Below, piece after piece: positions 50,450 to 63,584 of a DNA stretch of 64,000 nt. Under the pieces are notes generated by a model. The model did no database searches and was not told where the DNA came from. It worked only from the letters and a program-made list of their open reading frames with translations. This stretch comes from Eledone cirrhosa (lineage: Eukaryota), in contig OZ024758.1 of NCBI GenBank assembly GCA_964016885.1, positions 25,792,001 to 25,856,000 of the forward strand. Direction: 5' to 3'. The position numbers and the translations under genes were made by a program. Position 1 is the first letter of the stretch. Each line of letters begins with the position of its first letter.

Positions 50450-51005
50450 GTGAGGTTCAGTATAGGGGAGAAAAAAGGGATGTGTTCTAAATATATATCA
50501 TATAAACATATTAAATATATAGGGCTCAATGTAGGGGAGAAAAAAGGGATGTGTTCAAAATGTATATTGTATAAATATATTAAATATATAGGGTTCAGTA
50601 TAGGGGAGAAAAAAGGGATGTGTTCTAAATATATATCATATAAACATATTAAATATATAGGGCTCAATGTAGGGGAGAAAAAAGGGATGTGTTCAAAATG
50701 TATATTGTATAAATATATTAAATATATAGGGTTCAGTATAGGGGAGAAAAAAGGGATGTGTTCTAAATATATATCATATAAACATATTAAATATATAGGG
50801 CTCAATGTAGGGGAGAAAAAAGGGATGTGTTCAAAATATATATTGTTTAAATATATTAAATATATAGGGTTCAGTATAGGGGAGAAAAAAGGGATGTGTT
50901 CAAAATATATATTGTATAAATATATTAAATATATAGGGTTCATTATAGGGGAGAAAAAAGGGATGTGTTCAAAATATATATTGTATAAATATATTAAATA
51001 TAATT
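50450..51005. repeat. 69-bp tandem repeat (8 units, alternating A/B dimers)
   Basis: 23-codon periodicity. Older degenerate relatives lie at 48660-49010 and 49565-49690. Confidence 0.9.
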
Positions 51006-51707
51006 TATATAGATGTTTTTTTTTTTTTTTTGGGGGGGGGGGGACCAATATGGAGGAGAATAAAGTAGGGCGTGTTAATATAGAATATATAAACATATAT
51101 ATAACATACAAACATAGCAGTGTGTAGATGAATGGTGTATGTTGAAAATACAATGAATTAGTTAGCCGGCAGTGGGGATAAAAATGCAACAGATGATGCC
51201 TGCTGAAAAATAAGGCTTTTAAAAGCTGCAGGCGATAGATTTTGAGCAATAGCAACTGCAACTAAACCAGATGACCGCTCAGCAAGATTGAAGTTATATG
51301 TACAAGAGGTGAAACACTAAATCAATAGCTTACAGCTCATAGATTGCTGGTTGGTTTAACATTGAGAACAGGGGAGGGTGGAAGAAGCAGCTAGAGTGGG
51401 GGGAGAGGAGTGCGAGTAGCAGCAGCAGTGACAATGGAATAGAGCAGTAGTACAGTCACCTATACTCACAGTTCCCCTGCTACTACTACTTCTGCTGCTT
51501 GTCATTACAGATGCTACTGCTGCAGTATCCATGGCTATCCTCTGGTGACAGAGCTAATAACCTTCTTTTTGGTGGGGTCAGTAACAGAGGTCAAACAAAC
51601 AATCAAGTCAATAGGGAAGGAGGGGTGGTGGGGGTTGGGATTGAGCAGTCTTGCCTTCAAACTAACAACACATATTCCATACATATAAACAAACAAATAT
51701 GCAAACA

Positions 51708-51742
<35 letters not shown>

Positions 51743-51746
<4 letters not shown>

Positions 51747-51958
51747 ATAATAATAAATTTGAAGACTAAAATCCAAAGAGGGCTCGATATGGATAAATAT
51801 ATATCAAATATATAAGAACCGTAGAGCAAATATTTATTAAAATAACAGATTAAAGTTTAAGCAAAGAATCGTTGCTTTCACCCTTAACGGGGATCTTAAC
51901 GGAGAAGATCCCGTTAAGGGTGAAAGCAGCGATTCTTTGCTTAAACTTTAATCTGTTA

Positions 51959-51966
<8 letters not shown>
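51743..51966 (-). mobile_element. Penelope-like fold-back insert with truncated hammerhead
   Basis: Arms at ~51835-51897 and 51905-51966 carry GAAGA-t ccc gttaa ggg t-GAAA-gca...tgc-TT-aaact. AATAAA is in the tail. Flanked by (TA)n. Confidence 0.7.
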
Positions 51967-52037
<71 letters not shown>

Positions 52038-52069
52038 GAATACATAGAAAAAGAATAAGAAAATATAAC

Positions 52070-52800
52070 AAAGATATTGTGAGAATATAATAAAGATATT
52101 GTGAAAATATAACAAAGATATTGTGAGAATATAATACAAAGATATTGTGAGAATATAATACAAAGATATTGTGAAGATATCACACAAAGATATTGTAAAA
52201 ATATCGGACAAAAATATTGTGAAAATATAACTCAAAGATATATTGACAATATCACTCAAAGATATTGTGAAAATATTAAAATATCACAACGATATTGTGA
52301 AAGTATATCACAACGATATTGTGAAAATACAATACAAAGATATTGTGAAGATATAGCTCAAAGATATTGTGAAGATATCACATAAAGATATTGTGAAAAT
52401 ATCACACAAAAATATTGTGAAAGTATATCATATAAAGATATTGTGAAGATATCAGACAAAGTAATTGTGAAGATATCACACAAAGATATTGTGAAAATAT
52501 CACACAAAGATATTGTGAAAGTATATCACACAAAGATATTGTGAAAGTATATCACACAAAGATATTGTGAAAGTATATCACACAAAGATATTGTGAAAGT
52601 ATATCACACAAAGATATTGTGAAAGTATATCACACAAAGATATTGTGAAAGCATATCACAAAGATTTTGTGAAAGCATATCACACAAAAATATTGTGAAA
52701 ATATCACTCAAAGATATTGTGAAAGTATATCACAAAGATATTGTGAAGATATCACACGAAGATATTGTAAAAATATAGCTCAAAAATATATTGAGAATAT
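52070..52800. repeat. ~22-25-bp minisatellite
   Basis: Unit AAAGATATTGTGAAAGTATATCACAC and variants. Confidence 0.9.
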
Positions 52801-54563
52801 CAGACAAAAGTATGAAATAATAAACACTCTACAATAGAAAGGTGAAACCAGGAGAAAATATAATTGAAGCTCTTTCTTGAAATAAATTCCAGCTCTTAAA
52901 GAAATAGGAAACTTTTTTTGTCTTTCATCAGAAAATGAAAATAATATTCAAACTTCCAGTATAGTTCTGTTGCCAATTCTGAAAAAGTTCAGAGTCCAAT
53001 GAGTTTTGCAAGGTCAAGACATTGAACAAATACTTAATGAATGTTAAGGTGAAATAAAACTGTCCTAAAGGTTAAGAGATTATATTGTTAACTGACTTTA
53101 ATAACAACTCTTTATGTTGATACTTCACATTAATTATAGTTGTCAAAACACTATTTCCTAATTTGAAACAAAAAAAAAGAAAGGAAAAGCCTTTTAATAA
53201 GATATAAAGACGGTCATTTAGAAATGATGGGGGGGGGGGGGACACTGGAACCAAGAAATAACACTTTTACTTTCCTATCGTTTATATTTAACTTCAGCCT
53301 GGAAAATGGACATTAAACAATGATGATGATGATTAAAATTCTATGGTGAAGATTTTGTTATTTTTTTTAACCCTTTCACATTCATATTACACTATATATG
53401 CTATTATATTTTCGCATAATATCAAATCTATGAGATTTTGATATTACTCTTTTACTCTTTTACCTGTTCCAGCCATCTGGTTGAGGCCATGCTGGGGCAC
53501 CGCCAATGTTATTTATTTTCAGAACAATACCTTAACATCAGTATGAATGGTCAGTTACAGCTGGTTTGAACAGAAAGAGGTGAGAGATTTATAGCCGAAT
53601 ACAGCTGATTTAAATGCTAAAGGGTTAATCTAGTTTTTACTAGAAAAAACACAAGTAATGGAGACATTTAATAGGTGGGCTTGTTAGAGAATAAGACAAA
53701 ATAGAGTTGGCTGGTGTCCAAACTGCCTTTGTCCTCCACAAGATGTGATGGAATGCATCCTTCCTGAGAAAGGAGCCTCACATGTGGATTAGATGATGCA
53801 GTAGATGTTTCTGGCTGTTTTCTGTGACAATGCCTTCACCATCTTGTTGTCTACAAGATGCAGCTGACATATACAGTTCTGTGCTCTTCAAGAATGTCTT
53901 GCTAATGTGGTTTCATGTGGTACAGAAACGTTAAGAGTTAACCCTTTAACATTTACATTACTTTATATTTACTATAGGTTAACTTTGCCTTTCATCCTTA
54001 CGGGGTCGATAAAATAAAGTACCAGTAATGTACTGGGGTAATTGCTGGCCTTGTGCCAAATGTAGAAACAATTACTTTATATTTACTATTGTATTTTTGT
54101 GGCAAAGGCTTTACCTCATGTAATTATCTCACATAATATTGAATCTATGAGATTTTGATGTTATTTATTTTGAGAACAATACCTTAACATCAGTATGAGT
54201 GGCTGGTTATGGCCAGTTTGAACAGAAAGAGGTGAGAGAATTCTGGCCGGATATGGCCGGGTTAAACGCTAAAGGGTTAAACTGTATCACAAAATTTATT
54301 TTTCTCTAATTTTTACCCCATTATGAAAGACAAATCAACAAACAACTATAAATTAGTAATAATTAGACTAATTAGATTATGAAACTGAGATTAATTAAAA
54401 AATCGAATTCCGGTCAGAATTTTCTCACCTCTTTCTGTTCAAACCGGCCTGTAACTGGCCACTCATACTGACATTAAAGTATTGTTCTCAAAATAAATCA
54501 TATCAAAATCTCATAGATTTGATATTATGTGAGATAAAGCCTTTACCATGAAAATACAATAAT

Positions 54564-54899
54564 GGAGGCACATGGCTTAGTGGTTAGAGCATTGGCCTTG
54601 CAATCGAAAGGTTGTGAGTTCAATTCTCAGACTGGGTGATGTGTTGTTTCCTTGAGCAAGACACTTTATTTCACATTGCTCCAGTTTACTCAGCTGTAGA
54701 AATGAGATGATAGGGACTGGGATCCCTATCATTCCACTGCAAAGTGGTCGTGGAGATGCCACGGCAAAAAAGCACCCAGCACTCACTGTAAATGAGGTTG
54801 GTGTTAGGAAGGGCATCCAGCTGTAGAAATCAAGCTAGAATCAGTTCCCGTCCCACCCTTGCAAGCAGGGAAAAATCGGACATAAAATGGAATGATGAT
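54564..54899 (+). mobile_element. SINE family A inserted in a family 1 MITE
   Basis: MITE sequence stops at ~54561 and resumes at ~54900. Confidence 0.85.
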
Positions 54900-55189
54900 A
54901 TATAGAGTAATGTAAATGCTAAAGGATTAATGTTGTATCAAAATTAGGGTATTGGGAATTGTCTATAAAATATAGGTATGGGTTCTGCAATTTTTGGAAA
55001 GGTAAGGGTCCTGTGATAAACTACTGCATTAGAACATAGGACAAAATACCTTGCAATGTGTTCTGGTTCTGTGATCTTTGAGTTCAAATCACTCCAAAGT
55101 CAACTTTGCATTTCATCCTTTCAGAGTTGATCACATAAAGTAAGAGTTCAGGGTAATAAAGTATAAGTCTAAAGTCTGTTTTAAGCCAT

Positions 55190-55575
55190 TTAAGGCTTGT
55201 TAAGCCGGTGCTTATCCCAGGACACCAGTCCATCGCAGGGTTAAACCCCCAGCAATTGCTGGTACTCATTTTTAGCTGAGGATACCGGAGCACCGTGAAA
55301 TGAAGGGTTTTGCTCAAGAACACAACACACAACCCCGCCCAGGAATTGAACCCATGACATTGGTGGATTGGCAGTAATCGGTAGAGGGTCGGACGCCATG
55401 CTTTCCAGCATAGTTACGTCCCTTTACGATCTGAGTTCAAATCCCGCCGAGGTTGACTTTGCCTTTCATCCTTACGGGGTCGATAAAATAAAGTACCAGT
55501 AATGCACTGGGGTAATTGCTGGCCTTGTGCCTAAAGTAGAAACAATTATGACTGTAAGTTCAACACCCTTACAAC
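55190..55575. mobile_element. Nin-domain SINE (55362-55548, plus strand) nested in an older minus-strand SINE
   Basis: The host SINE head (AGGAATTGAACCCATGAC...) resumes after the insert. Confidence 0.65.
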
Positions 55576-56199
55576 CAGGTGCCTCTACAAAATTCAGATC
55601 CTGCTGTGGCTTATGTAGGTGATAAATTTAATTTATCGACTGGTTTAATTTAATTTATCGCTGTCTGGCTCTTTGGTGCTTTTAATAGAGTCCACACTGT
55701 TGCAGTTGGACTAAGTCGCAAGTTTAAGGATACCTTCCTACCACCCACAAGTCCTGGAAGCTCTGAAAAGGGCAATCATCATTATTATCATCATCATCAT
55801 CATGAAGAAAATCAAAAGGCAGTGCTAGAGATATTTGTTCTGCCCTGAGTTACAGATACTCCTTTGTATCCTCCCTCTATGAGAAGTGCAGTGAAGTAGT
55901 AACTGGCCAGGTGGAAACCTGCAACTAATAATACTATTGTTCAGAAAATGTAATATTAAATGAATAAATAAATAAAATAAGCTCCATGGACAACAAACTG
56001 AAACAAAGAAACAGTATCCGTTTATGTAATGAAGCTTAGATTAACTTTTGCTATTATTCAAGTAACAAGTACTTTAACAATGACCTGGAAATGCATATTA
56101 TTAGATCATAAAAGGTTCAGAAATATTCTACTGCTGTTCTTAAAATCATATATATAGACTTAAAGATTTCTCCCTCTTCTCCACTTATTCCTGGGAGGG

Positions 56200-56590
56200 T
56201 TGTGGGGGTAGAGTCCTTATTCACTCCTTCCAGCAGGTCCTGTCAGAAGCAACCATCACCAATTGACCTGACTGGATCCCCAAGCAAGATGAGCTACCAA
56301 CCATCTCATGGATGTTATCCAACCATCTTACTCAGGGGCTTACTCCTGGGTCTCCTTCCAGTTGGTTTTGGCTTGTAAAATCTGACCAGCAATTCTTTCC
56401 TCAGACATTCTAACCAGATGTCTGTAATATCAGAGCTGAGATCTCTCAATTCAAAGAACTAGCAGCTCTATCTGAAGTGACCCTCTGATCTCCCAGATAT
56501 GCACTCTATCGAGTAACATTACTCCAAAGCCCCTTTTGGGGGAACCCCATTTAAGTTGCTTGTATTTGCAATCATATTCTTTCAGAAGAC
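56200..56590 (-). mobile_element. Degenerate RTE LINE 3' fragment
   Basis: Encodes HLVRMSEERIAGQILQAK, then a frameshift, then PTGRRPR...RWLDNI. Confidence 0.6.
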
Positions 56591-57584
56591 TTACACGTTC
56601 AACTATCGGGAAGTGGATTGGACACCTTTTGCCTCAACACAGGCTGAGATTTCTCGATATGGTCATGGGAAAATTTGAATAAAAGGACAACCAACAACAT
56701 TAATAGCATTTATTTTTATTGAACTTGTCTCCATGATTTTCTTTAATTAAATAAGTTTGTACGGCCTGTGAAATTTTTGTCAGTTCTGCAACATTAAATG
56801 GAAAATATTATTCCCAAGTCTTCTTTGATCTAAAAATGTTTCATTCAACCTCTTCCTAAGATCAATGCTTATAAAATTATATAAGCCTTTAGAAAAGAAA
56901 CTAATCGAAATTTGCTTTTATAATGATATCATTTTTATTTGCATAAAGCCATATCTAATTCTAATTACATTCAAAAACTTTCACATTATCGAAAAGACCT
57001 CCAATACAATAGATGCTGGAGAGGGTGGGAGTGGATACGTTACTAGTAACACAAAAAACAAAGACAAGACAAGAAGAAAACAAAAAAAAACAAAAAATCA
57101 ACTATTTTGAGTTCACATGTAACCTTTAACATAATGTGAAATAATAAAAGATATAAAGAAATACTTCTGGATAAAAGAATATTACTAGAATATAAAACAA
57201 TAACTAATTAAAGCTAAAATTTATAACAAAAATAACATCAGTATCAAGATATACAGCAAATATATCCAATCCATGGAAATAAAAATCAAAGAAGTAATAC
57301 TGTAATATGTAAATAGTAATACGATCCTATAGAAACAGTATGAGCCAATTATATATTTGATACTAGTTCGCATTTTACTACAACCCAAAACATGCATTTT
57401 TCATGAAACATTTAGTTTTTAGTACAAAGACTATACGTCTCTTATGTATTGAGAGTGAAACATGGTTATAGGTCAATATCTGACCTTTTAGACTGATCTT
57501 TTGGTTCAATCTCTTGAAGTGAGAAACCAATCAAATGTGCAGAATGTACAAAGAATAACATTTTTCAGGTTTTCTATAAACTGC

Positions 57585-58435
57585 ACATGGTGCTATGAAG
57601 ACCAAACATGACCGATAAGGAATATAATTTAAATAAAATACACATACATACAAACATACACACATACATATATACACACACACTCACATAACCAGTAAGG
57701 AATATAATTTAAATAAAATACACACACATACATGCATACATACACACATATACATAGACACATACATACATACACATACATGGTGCTATTGTGGTCAAAC
57801 ATGAATGACCACTAACGAATATAATTTAAATATAAACACACATACACATACATATACACACACATACACACATACATATATACACACTCACATAACCAGT
57901 AAGGAATATAATTTAAATAAAATACACACACATACATGCATACATACACACATACACGCACACATACATGCATACATACACACATATACATAGACACATA
58001 CTTACATACATACACATACATACACATACATGGTGCTATTGTGGTCAAACATGAATGACCACTAACGAATATAATTTAAATATAAACACACATACACATA
58101 CATATACACATACATACATACACACACATACACACATACATATATACACACACTCACATAACCAGTAAGGAATATAATTTAAATAAAATACACACACATA
58201 CATGCATACATACACACATACACGCACCCATACATGCATACATACATATACATAGACACATACATACATACACATACACATACATGGTGCTATTGTGGTC
58301 AAACATGAATGACCACTAACGAATATAATTTAAATATAAACACACATACACATACATATACACATACATACATACATACATACATACACACTGCAAGGAA
58401 AGCCAAATTTGACCAATATAATTTAAATAAAACAC
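57585..58435. repeat. ~250-bp tandem repeat built from CA microsatellite plus unique spacers
   Basis: CATGGTGCTATTGTGGTCAAACATGAATGACC recurs at ~57779, 58029 and 58283. Confidence 0.85.
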
Positions 58436-58697
58436 ACATAGACACCAACACATACATACAGACAGATACATACACTCACACACACTAATGAAATATATTC
58501 TATTTCATTAATTAATGAAGCATTTTGAGTGATTTATTTAAATTATTAATTATTTCAGTACTAATATCGTAACTTAATGTAAGGTTTTTATATAAAATTG
58601 TTGGAAGATTTTAATTTAAATTAGAAACCTTTAAAATGGGTGGTTTTATTTCATAGAACCGGGGCTGGGTTTGGCTGGGTTGGTAACTAAAGGGTTA

Positions 58698-59375
58698 AAC
58701 ACACACATACAGACATACACACACACACATGCATACACACAGACACACATGCATACACACAGACACACATGCATACACACAAATAAATACACAAACACAT
58801 ACACACACAAACCCACACACATACATACAAACACACACATGCATACACACATGCATACATACAAACACACATATGCATACACACAGACACACATGCATAC
58901 ACACAAATAAATACACAAACACATACACACACAAACCCACACACATACATACAAACACACACATGCATACAAACACACACACACATACACACACACTAAC
59001 ACACACACACATACAGACACATATACACAAACACATACATACACACAGATAAATACCCAAAGACACACACACACAAACGCGTACACAACAAACACACATA
59101 CATACAGACACACCTGCATACATACAAACACACACATAAACACACACAAACACACACATAAACACACATAAACACACACACAAACACATAGATATACATA
59201 CACAAACATGTACATAAACACACACACCTGCATACATACAAACACACATAAACACACACAAACACACACACATAAACACACAAACACATAGATATACATA
59301 CACAAGCACGTACATAAACACACACACACACCTGCATACATACAAACACCCACCCACACACACACACTCACACAT
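58698..59375. repeat. (CA)-rich microsatellite
   Basis: Direct reading of the sequence. Confidence 0.9.
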
Positions 59376-59903
59376 TAAAACTTATACCACAATTGATCAT
59401 TATTTCATTTTTGTCCTTACAGGGTCGATAAAATGGAGTACCAGTAATGTACTGGTTAATTGCTGGCCTTGTGCCAAAAGTAGAAACAATTATTTCATTT
59501 TTATGTATGTATGTATGTGTGTGTGCGTTTGTGTATGTATGTGTTTGTGTATTTATCTGTGTGTATGCATGTGTTTGTGTATATGTGTCTGTATGTGTGT
59601 GTTTGTATGCATGTGTGTATGTGTGTGTCTGTGTTTGTACCAGTAATACACTGGGGTAATTGCTGGCCTTGTGCCAAAAGTAGAAACAATTATTTCATTT
59701 TTACAATTAATTTTTCTTAAACAATACCAAACAGTTGTGATATAAATAAATATAGGTTAACGTTTTAATTATTCCAAACAAAATCTGACATTTACTCCCA
59801 GCAATGAAAAGTCAACTGAAGAGAATCAAACAAAAAGAGAAATTTATATATAATAAAATTACTCGATGCAATAGGTTAAATGCATCTGAAGGTTCAAATG
59901 TAG

Positions 59904-59904
<1 letters not shown>

Positions 59905-59965
<61 letters not shown>

Positions 59966-60004
59966 CCGGCGGTAGTAGTAGTAGTAGTGGTGGTGGTGGC
60001 GGCG

Positions 60005-60047
<43 letters not shown>

Positions 60048-60048
60048 C

Positions 60049-60080
<32 letters not shown>

Positions 60081-62022
60081 CAGTAACAGCAATAGTAGTA
60101 GCAGTAACAGTAGCAGTAGTAGTAGTAGCAGTAACAGCAATAGTAACAGCAGTAACAGTAGTAGTAGTAGCATTAACAGCAATAGTAGTAGTAGTAGCAG
60201 TAACAGCAATAGTAGTAGTAGTAGCAGTAACAGCAATAGTAGTAGTAGTAGCAGTAACAGCAATAGTAGTAGCAGTAACAGCAACAGTAGTAGTAGTAGC
60301 AGTAACAGCAACAGTAGTAGTAGTAGCAGTAACAGCAATAGTAGTAGCAGCAACAGTAGTAGTAGTAGTAGGAGCAGTAACAGCAATAGTAGTAGCAGTA
60401 ACACTAGTAGTAGTAGTAGCAGTAACACTAGTAGTAGTAGTAGTAGTAGCAGTAACAGTAGTAGTAGTAGCAGTAACAGCAATAGTAGTAGTAGTAGCAG
60501 TAACAGTAGTAGTAGTAGTAGTAGTAGTAGCAGCAGTAACAGCAATAGTAGTAGTAGTAGTAGCAGCAGTAACAGCAATAGTAGTAGCAGTAACAGCAAT
60601 AGTAGTAGTAGTAGTAGTAGCAGTAACAGCAATAGTAGTAGCAGTAACAGCAATAGTAGTAGTAGCATTAACAGCAGTAGTAGTAGCAGTAACACTAGTA
60701 GTAGTAGTAGTAGTAGTAGCAGTAACACTAGTAGTAGTAGTAGCAGTAACACTAGTAGTAGTAGTAGCAGTAACACTAGTAGTAGTAGTAGTAGTAGCAG
60801 TAACAGCAATAGTAGTAGCAGTAACAGCAGTAGTAGTAGTAGCAGTAACAGCAATAGTAGTAGCAGTAACAGCAATAGTAGTAGCAGTAACAGCAGTAGT
60901 AGTAGTAGCAGTAACAGCAATAGTAGTAGCAGTAACAGCAGTAGTAGTAGCAGTAACAGCAGTAGTAGTAGTAGCAGTAACAGCAATAGTAGTAGCAGTA
61001 ACAGCAATAGTAGTAGCAGTAACAGCAGTAGTAGTAGTAGCAGTAACAGCAATAGTAGTAGCAGTAACAGCAATAGTAGTAGCAGTAACAGTAGTAGTAG
61101 TAGCAGTAACAGCAATAGTAGTAGTAGCAGTAACAGCAATAGTAGTAGTGGCAGTAACAGTAGTAGTAGTAGCAGTAACAGCAGTAGTAGTAGCAGTAAC
61201 ACTAGTAGTAGTAGTAGCAGTAACAGTAGTAGTAGTAGCAGTAACAGCAATAGTAGTAGCAGTAACAGCAGTAGTAGAAGTAGCAGTAACAGCAATAGTA
61301 GTAGCAGTAACAGCAGTAGTAGTAGTAGCAGTAACAGCAGTAGTAGTAACAGCAGTAGTAGTAGCAGCAGTAACAGCAGTAGTAGTAGTAGCAGTAACAG
61401 TAGTAGTAGTAGTAGCAGTAACAGTAGTAGTAGTAGTAGCAGTAACAGTAGTAGTAGTAGCAGTAACAGCAGTAGTAGTAGCAGTAACAGTAGTAGTAGC
61501 AGTAACAGTAGTAGTAGTAGCAGTAACAGCAGTAGTAGTAGCAGTAACAGTAGTAGTAGTAGTAGCAGTAACAGTAGTAGTAGTAGCAGTAACAGCAGTA
61601 GTAGTAGCAGTAACAGTAGTAGAAGCAGTAACAGTAGTAGTAGTAGCAGTAACAGCAATAGTAGTAGCAGTAACAGTAGTAGTAGTAGTAGCAGTAACAG
61701 TAGTAGTAGTAGCAGTAACAGCAGTAGTAGTAGCAGTAACAGTAGTAGTAGTAGTAGCAGTAACAGTAGTAGTAGTAGCAGTAACAGCAGTAGTAGTAGC
61801 AGTAACACTAGTAGTAGTAGTAGCAGTAACAGTAGTAGTAGTAGCAGTAACAGCAATAGTAGTAGCAGTAACAGCAGTAGTAGAAGTAGCAGTAACAGCA
61901 ATAGTAGTAGCAGTAACAGCAGTAGTAGTAGTAGCAGTAACAGCAGTAGTAGTAACAGTAGTAGTAGTAGCAGCAGTAACAGCAGTAGTAGTAGTAGCAG
62001 TAACAGCAATAGTAGTAGCAGT
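59905..62022. repeat. (AGT/AGC/AAC/AAT) compound trinucleotide array, 2.1 kb
   Basis: Direct reading; the triplet phase is unbroken. Confidence 0.97.
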
Positions 62023-62204
62023 ATTTCTAATAAAGGAAGCTGAGCTGAGTTATGATAGAACTAAGTTGACCCAGGAACTAACATTTGCTCACAAGAAATC
62101 TGGAACCAACCGTTTCAAAATCATCTTTGGTGGAGTAAACGTTTATCATTGAAGTGTCACAAAACAAAAAATAACAAAAACCATGTACCAATATACCACC
62201 ATCT

Positions 62205-63584
62205 CATCATCATCATCATCATCGTTTAACGTCCATATTCCACGCTTGCATGGGTTTGGACGGGAGTTTTCCCACTTGAGGCAAGAGTGGTTGTCATTGC
62301 TCGCATAGGACTGTCTGGCGGGTTTTCTACGGCTGGATGCCTTTCCTAACACCAACCACATTTACAGTATGGGGCTGGGAGGTTTTTACCGTGTTACCTA
62401 CACGGCCACATTACAGCGTGGACTGTCTGGCGGGTTTTCTACGGCTGGATGCCCTTCCTAACACCAACCACATTTACAGTGTGGGGCTGGGAGGTTTTTA
62501 CCGTGTTACCTACACGGCCACATTACAGCGTGGACTGTCTGGCGGGTTTTCTACGGCTGGATGCCCTTTCTAACACCAACCACATTTACAGTGTGGACTG
62601 GGAGGTTTTTACCGTGTTACCTACACGGCCACATTACAGCGTGGACTGTCTGGCGGGTTTTCTACGGCTGGATGCCCTTCCTAACACCAACCACATTTAC
62701 AGTGTGGACTGGGAGGTTTTTACCGTGTTACCTACACAGCCACATTACAGCGTGGACTGTCTGGCGGGTTTTCTACGGCTGGATGCCCTTTCTAACACCA
62801 ACCACATTTACAGTGTGGACTGGGAGGTTTTTACCGTGTTACCTACACAGCCACATTACATCGTGGACTGTCTGGCGGGTTTTATACGGCTGGATGCCCT
62901 TCCTAACACCAACCACATTTCATTTACAGTGTGGACTGGGAGGTTTTTACCGTGTTGCCTACACAGCCACATTACAGCGTGGACAGTCTGGCAGGTTTTA
63001 TACGGCTGGATGCCCTTCCTAACACCAACCACATTTCATTTACAGTGTGGACTGGGAGGTTTTTACCGTGTTGCCTACACAGCCACATTACAGCGTGGAC
63101 TGTCTGGCGGGTTTTCTACGGCTGGATGCCCTTCCTAACACCAACCACATTTACAGTGTGGGGCTGGGAGGTTTTTACCGTGTTGCCTACACGGCCACAT
63201 TACAGCGTGGACTGTGTGGCGGGTTTTCTACGGCTGGATGCCCTTCCTAACACCAACCACATTTACAGTGTGGACTGGGAGGTTTTTACCGTGTTACCTA
63301 CACAGCCACATTACAGCGTGGACTGTCTGGCGGGTTTTATACGGCTGGATGCCCTTCCTAACACCAACCACATTTACAGTGTGGGACTGGGAGGTTTTTA
63401 CCGTGTTACCTACACAGCCACATTACAGCGTGGACTGTGTGTTTTTTTGTCGTGACACCTACACGACCTCATTTGTTTCGGGCTGGATGTTGTGGCACCA
63501 ACATAACTTTACATTGAAAGGGGTGGTGTGGATGGGCTGGGGTAGTGGGACGGGGGTGTATTTTGTTAGAGGTGCCTACTGACT
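62205..63584 (-). mobile_element. Family B element with ~10 internal units of 110-116 bp
   Basis: Same unit and flanks as 14650-15268. Confidence 0.88.

Noticed and set aside
50425-51261. 23-aa repeat ORFs on both strands
   Set aside because: Artefact of the 69-bp tandem repeat.
59804-62152. 782-aa Val/Ala/Thr ORF and antisense poly-Leu ORF
   Set aside because: Translations of a trinucleotide microsatellite. I found no splice or domain support.
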